Source: a virus (lineage: Duplodnaviria; Caudoviricetes). From it: 36,676 nt of DNA. The stretch is taken from IMG/VR virus record IMGVR_UViG_3300048599_000767, positions 1 to 36,676 of that record; one strand, written 5' to 3'. A program made the translations under genes and the position numbers. This document shows, in pieces, positions 34,694-36,676 of this stretch. The notes below the pieces were generated by a model, which did no database searches, had not been told where the DNA came from, and worked only from the letters and a program-made list of their open reading frames with translations. The first letter of the stretch is position 1, and every line of letters starts with the position of its first letter.

Positions 34694-35536
34694 CTAGTCA
34701 GCGGCTTGCTTCCACGGTTGCGTGCGGATGAACTCGACGTCGGCGTCAACGAGCTGCTCAGTTGGGACAGTGATGACCTTGCCGTTGCGCTTCTCGAGCG
34801 TGACCACGCCCCCGCCGAACCTGAGGAATTTTGCTTCTGCACTGAACGCCCCATCCGCAGACGTCCAGGTCCGCCACTTCGCGTCCTCAATCCTTTTTTC
34901 GCGCGCAAGCTTCTGTTCCGCCTCGCGGGCTTCCAGCTCTGCCAGTTTGCGAGTTTCCTCCTGCCCGAGGGCTTCGAGCTCGTCATTGATGATCTGATCA
35001 AGGCTCGCATTGTTGAGCACTTCGACGCTGATCACCTGCTTCGTGCCTCCTAGCGCCGTGACGTATCGGCGGGTGCCGTTGACGTACAGCCCGAGCTCGC
35101 TCATGTCGTACGCCCGCCCGTCGACCAGGCTGGACGTGTCTAGCTTGGAGAACCAGACCACTTCGCTGCCAAACATTGCGGTGAAACTCCTCGAATCGAC
35201 AACCTGAAACACTTTCACTGGTTGAACGATTCTCCCGATTTCTCCGTGCCGCAGCGCTCGCGGATCCAAGTTCATCAACTCGCGACGAGTGCCAACCATC
35301 AGCTCCACGTACCGCTTCTGCTCAGGGCGGAGGTCTTTGATCTTTTCTGTGAGCGTGAGCGCCGTAGTTGCGGAGGCCGCTGAACTCGAGTCGGCAGGAG
35401 AATCCTCCGGAGCTGCTGAGGACGAAGCGCTTGTGGTCGGAGGTGACACGGACGTTGACGCCGCTCCCCCACATGCGAGGAAGAGCGCAAGGGCCGAACC
35501 GCCGAAGAGTAAGCAGACCACTCGATCGAATCGCAT
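34694..35536 (-). CDS. Lipoprotein with C-terminal SHD1-like domain
   Basis: Lipobox LFLAC, Ser/Ala linker, WRTWTSADGAFSAEAKF...VTLEKRNGKVITVP..QL...D..FI. Confidence 0.8.
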   Translation of the reverse strand: MRFDRVVCLLFGGSALALFLACGGAASTSVSPPTTSASSSAAPEDSPADSSSAASATTALTLTEKIKDLRPEQKRYVELMVGTRRELMNLDPRALRHGEIGRIVQPVKVFQVVDSRSFTAMFGSEVVWFSKLDTSSLVDGRAYDMSELGLYVNGTRRYVTALGGTKQVISVEVLNNASLDQIINDELEALGQEETRKLAELEAREAEQKLAREKRIEDAKWRTWTSADGAFSAEAKFLRFGGGVVTLEKRNGKVITVPTEQLVDADVEFIRTQPWKQAAD

Positions 35537-35680
35537 GGGAAAGGTTCCGGGCAGGAGGAATTCAACCCCGCAATTCTCAAATCAGCGAGCCTGAAAAGCA
35601 ACGCTCAGGCCAGAAAACCACAAGTGACAGAATCTGTCATCACCTAGCTGGAGTGATCGTCACAAACCGGAGCCATCGAA

Positions 35681-35722
35681 CTTCGGAACCGAGGGTTACA
35701 GGTTCGACCCCTGTTGGGCGTA
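35681..35722 (+). other. attR core: 3' half of tRNA-Arg(UCG)
   Basis: CTTCGGA-ACCGA-GGGTT-ACAGG-TTCGACC-CCTGT-TGGGCGT-A; 5' anticodon-stem strand is mismatched and no D arm or 5' acceptor strand is present. Confidence 0.8.
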
Positions 35723-35746
35723 TTTCTCCCAGATGCCGAATGGGAG

Positions 35747-36676
35747 TCAAAGCGCGTTTGGCTCGGTCGATTTCAGCTCTTCGCCCGTGTCGACAAGCCG
35801 ATAGTGGCCTGGAGCCTGCCACCACACCGTGCGGCCGGTTGTCGTGCGCAGCTTGTAATGTGACTCGAGGTTCGTGCCGGCCTGGCCCAGATAAACAATG
35901 ATCGTGAACTCGCGATCCCCTTCGCCTGTCGCCATAATTCGGCTCATTTCGTGCATGCCCTTGGGTGCGTCAGGAAAGGGCAGGTGCTTCTGCTCCACGG
36001 GGGTTTCGCCCAACTCTTCCAGCCGTTTGAGCAAGAACTTTGACTTCTGCTTGCCGGGCTCACGAGGCACCCACGCGAAGTAATCCAGGTCGATAGTCAT
36101 CTGCTGCAAGACCGCCTCTTCCACGTCGGGACGGTCGTAGTCGTAGAGTTCACCGTCCTCAAAATCGCGGTCCCACAGGATCCATCCCTCAATCGCTTCC
36201 AACAGATTTTCCCATTCCGATTCCTCAAGGCAGGTGACCAACGGCAGGTCATTCACCCCGTCTTCGGGATCGTCGAGCCATAGCGTGGCTTCCGAGGCAT
36301 AGACGTTGAGAATCGCCTGACGAACTTCGAAAGAGTATTCGCCGGTCGGGATGTCTTCGTGGGCCCGATCGAGTTCTTCCTCCAACAGGCCTTCCAGGCA
36401 GCCGAGTAGTGTGCCCATCGTGCTTTCGATGCACTGGTTCAACTCGGGCGGTTCAACATCTTCGTGCAGCAACGCGATGGCAACCCTACTCGCAAGGTAG
36501 AGTTGCTGCCCATGGGACAACGCGTCGAAGGCTTTGACCTGCCCCACGCCATGATCTTCGGCGTCGTACAACTCCCGAGGATCAAGCCAACGATGCAGTT
36601 CGGCGATCGCTAAACGAAAGAGGGTGGCCCACGGTTCCTCCCACGTCTTCAGTTCCTGGTTTGACGTTCGATACAA
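35747..36676 (-). CDS. Acidic hypothetical protein, probably host side of attR (start may lie beyond the window)
   Basis: Long ORF reaching the window edge; D/E-rich. Confidence 0.7.
   Translation of the reverse strand: MYRTSNQELKTWEEPWATLFRLAIAELHRWLDPRELYDAEDHGVGQVKAFDALSHGQQLYLASRVAIALLHEDVEPPELNQCIESTMGTLLGCLEGLLEEELDRAHEDIPTGEYSFEVRQAILNVYASEATLWLDDPEDGVNDLPLVTCLEESEWENLLEAIEGWILWDRDFEDGELYDYDRPDVEEAVLQQMTIDLDYFAWVPREPGKQKSKFLLKRLEELGETPVEQKHLPFPDAPKGMHEMSRIMATGEGDREFTIIVYLGQAGTNLESHYKLRTTTGRTVWWQAPGHYRLVDTGEELKSTEPNAL

Larger units (their letters stand above)
1..35722. mobile_element. Prophage (siphovirus-like, lambda-type packaging module) integrated at a tRNA-Arg(UCG) gene; left boundary is outside the window
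   Basis: Recombinase, replication, terminase, portal, capsid and tail genes in phage synteny, ending at a tRNA 3'-half at 35681-35722. Confidence 0.93.

Noticed and set aside
35641-35722. Complete tRNA-Arg gene
   Set aside because: No pairing 5' acceptor strand or D arm, and the anticodon stem is broken; treated as an att remnant

Overview
A GC-rich, apparently intact lambdoid/siphovirus-type prophage occupies about 1-35722. The likely host is a planctomycete, inferred from an SHD1-domain lipoprotein and gene styles recalled from memory. The + strand early arm (1-7.1 kb) carries a tyrosine recombinase, three long RNA hairpins, an atypical initiator tRNA-fMet, an HTH replication initiator with internal iterons and a large ParB/Spo0J protein with no ParA. 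A ~26 kb late operon on the - strand (33974 down to 7857) runs through an HTH/Zn regulator, decoration/fibre/LamG genes, a candidate non-canonical lysis cassette (exported Cys-peptidase, two thioredoxin-fold proteins, membrane proteins), an Acb2/Tad1-like anti-defence protein, a cos-like region, a ParB-DNA methyltransferase, terminase, lambda-type portal, capsid and tail genes. The right end is the 3' half of a tRNA-Arg(UCG) (attR), followed by a probable host gene; attL and a repressor are not in the window. The most striking unexplained signal is nine dispersed copies of the 16-bp palindrome YGTTTCC-NN-GGAAACR. It is a hybrid of the canonical parS and Noc-binding sequences, is mostly intergenic, and one copy encodes the CTP-binding motif of the phage ParB itself. 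All protein calls come from motifs recognised by eye, not from database searches.
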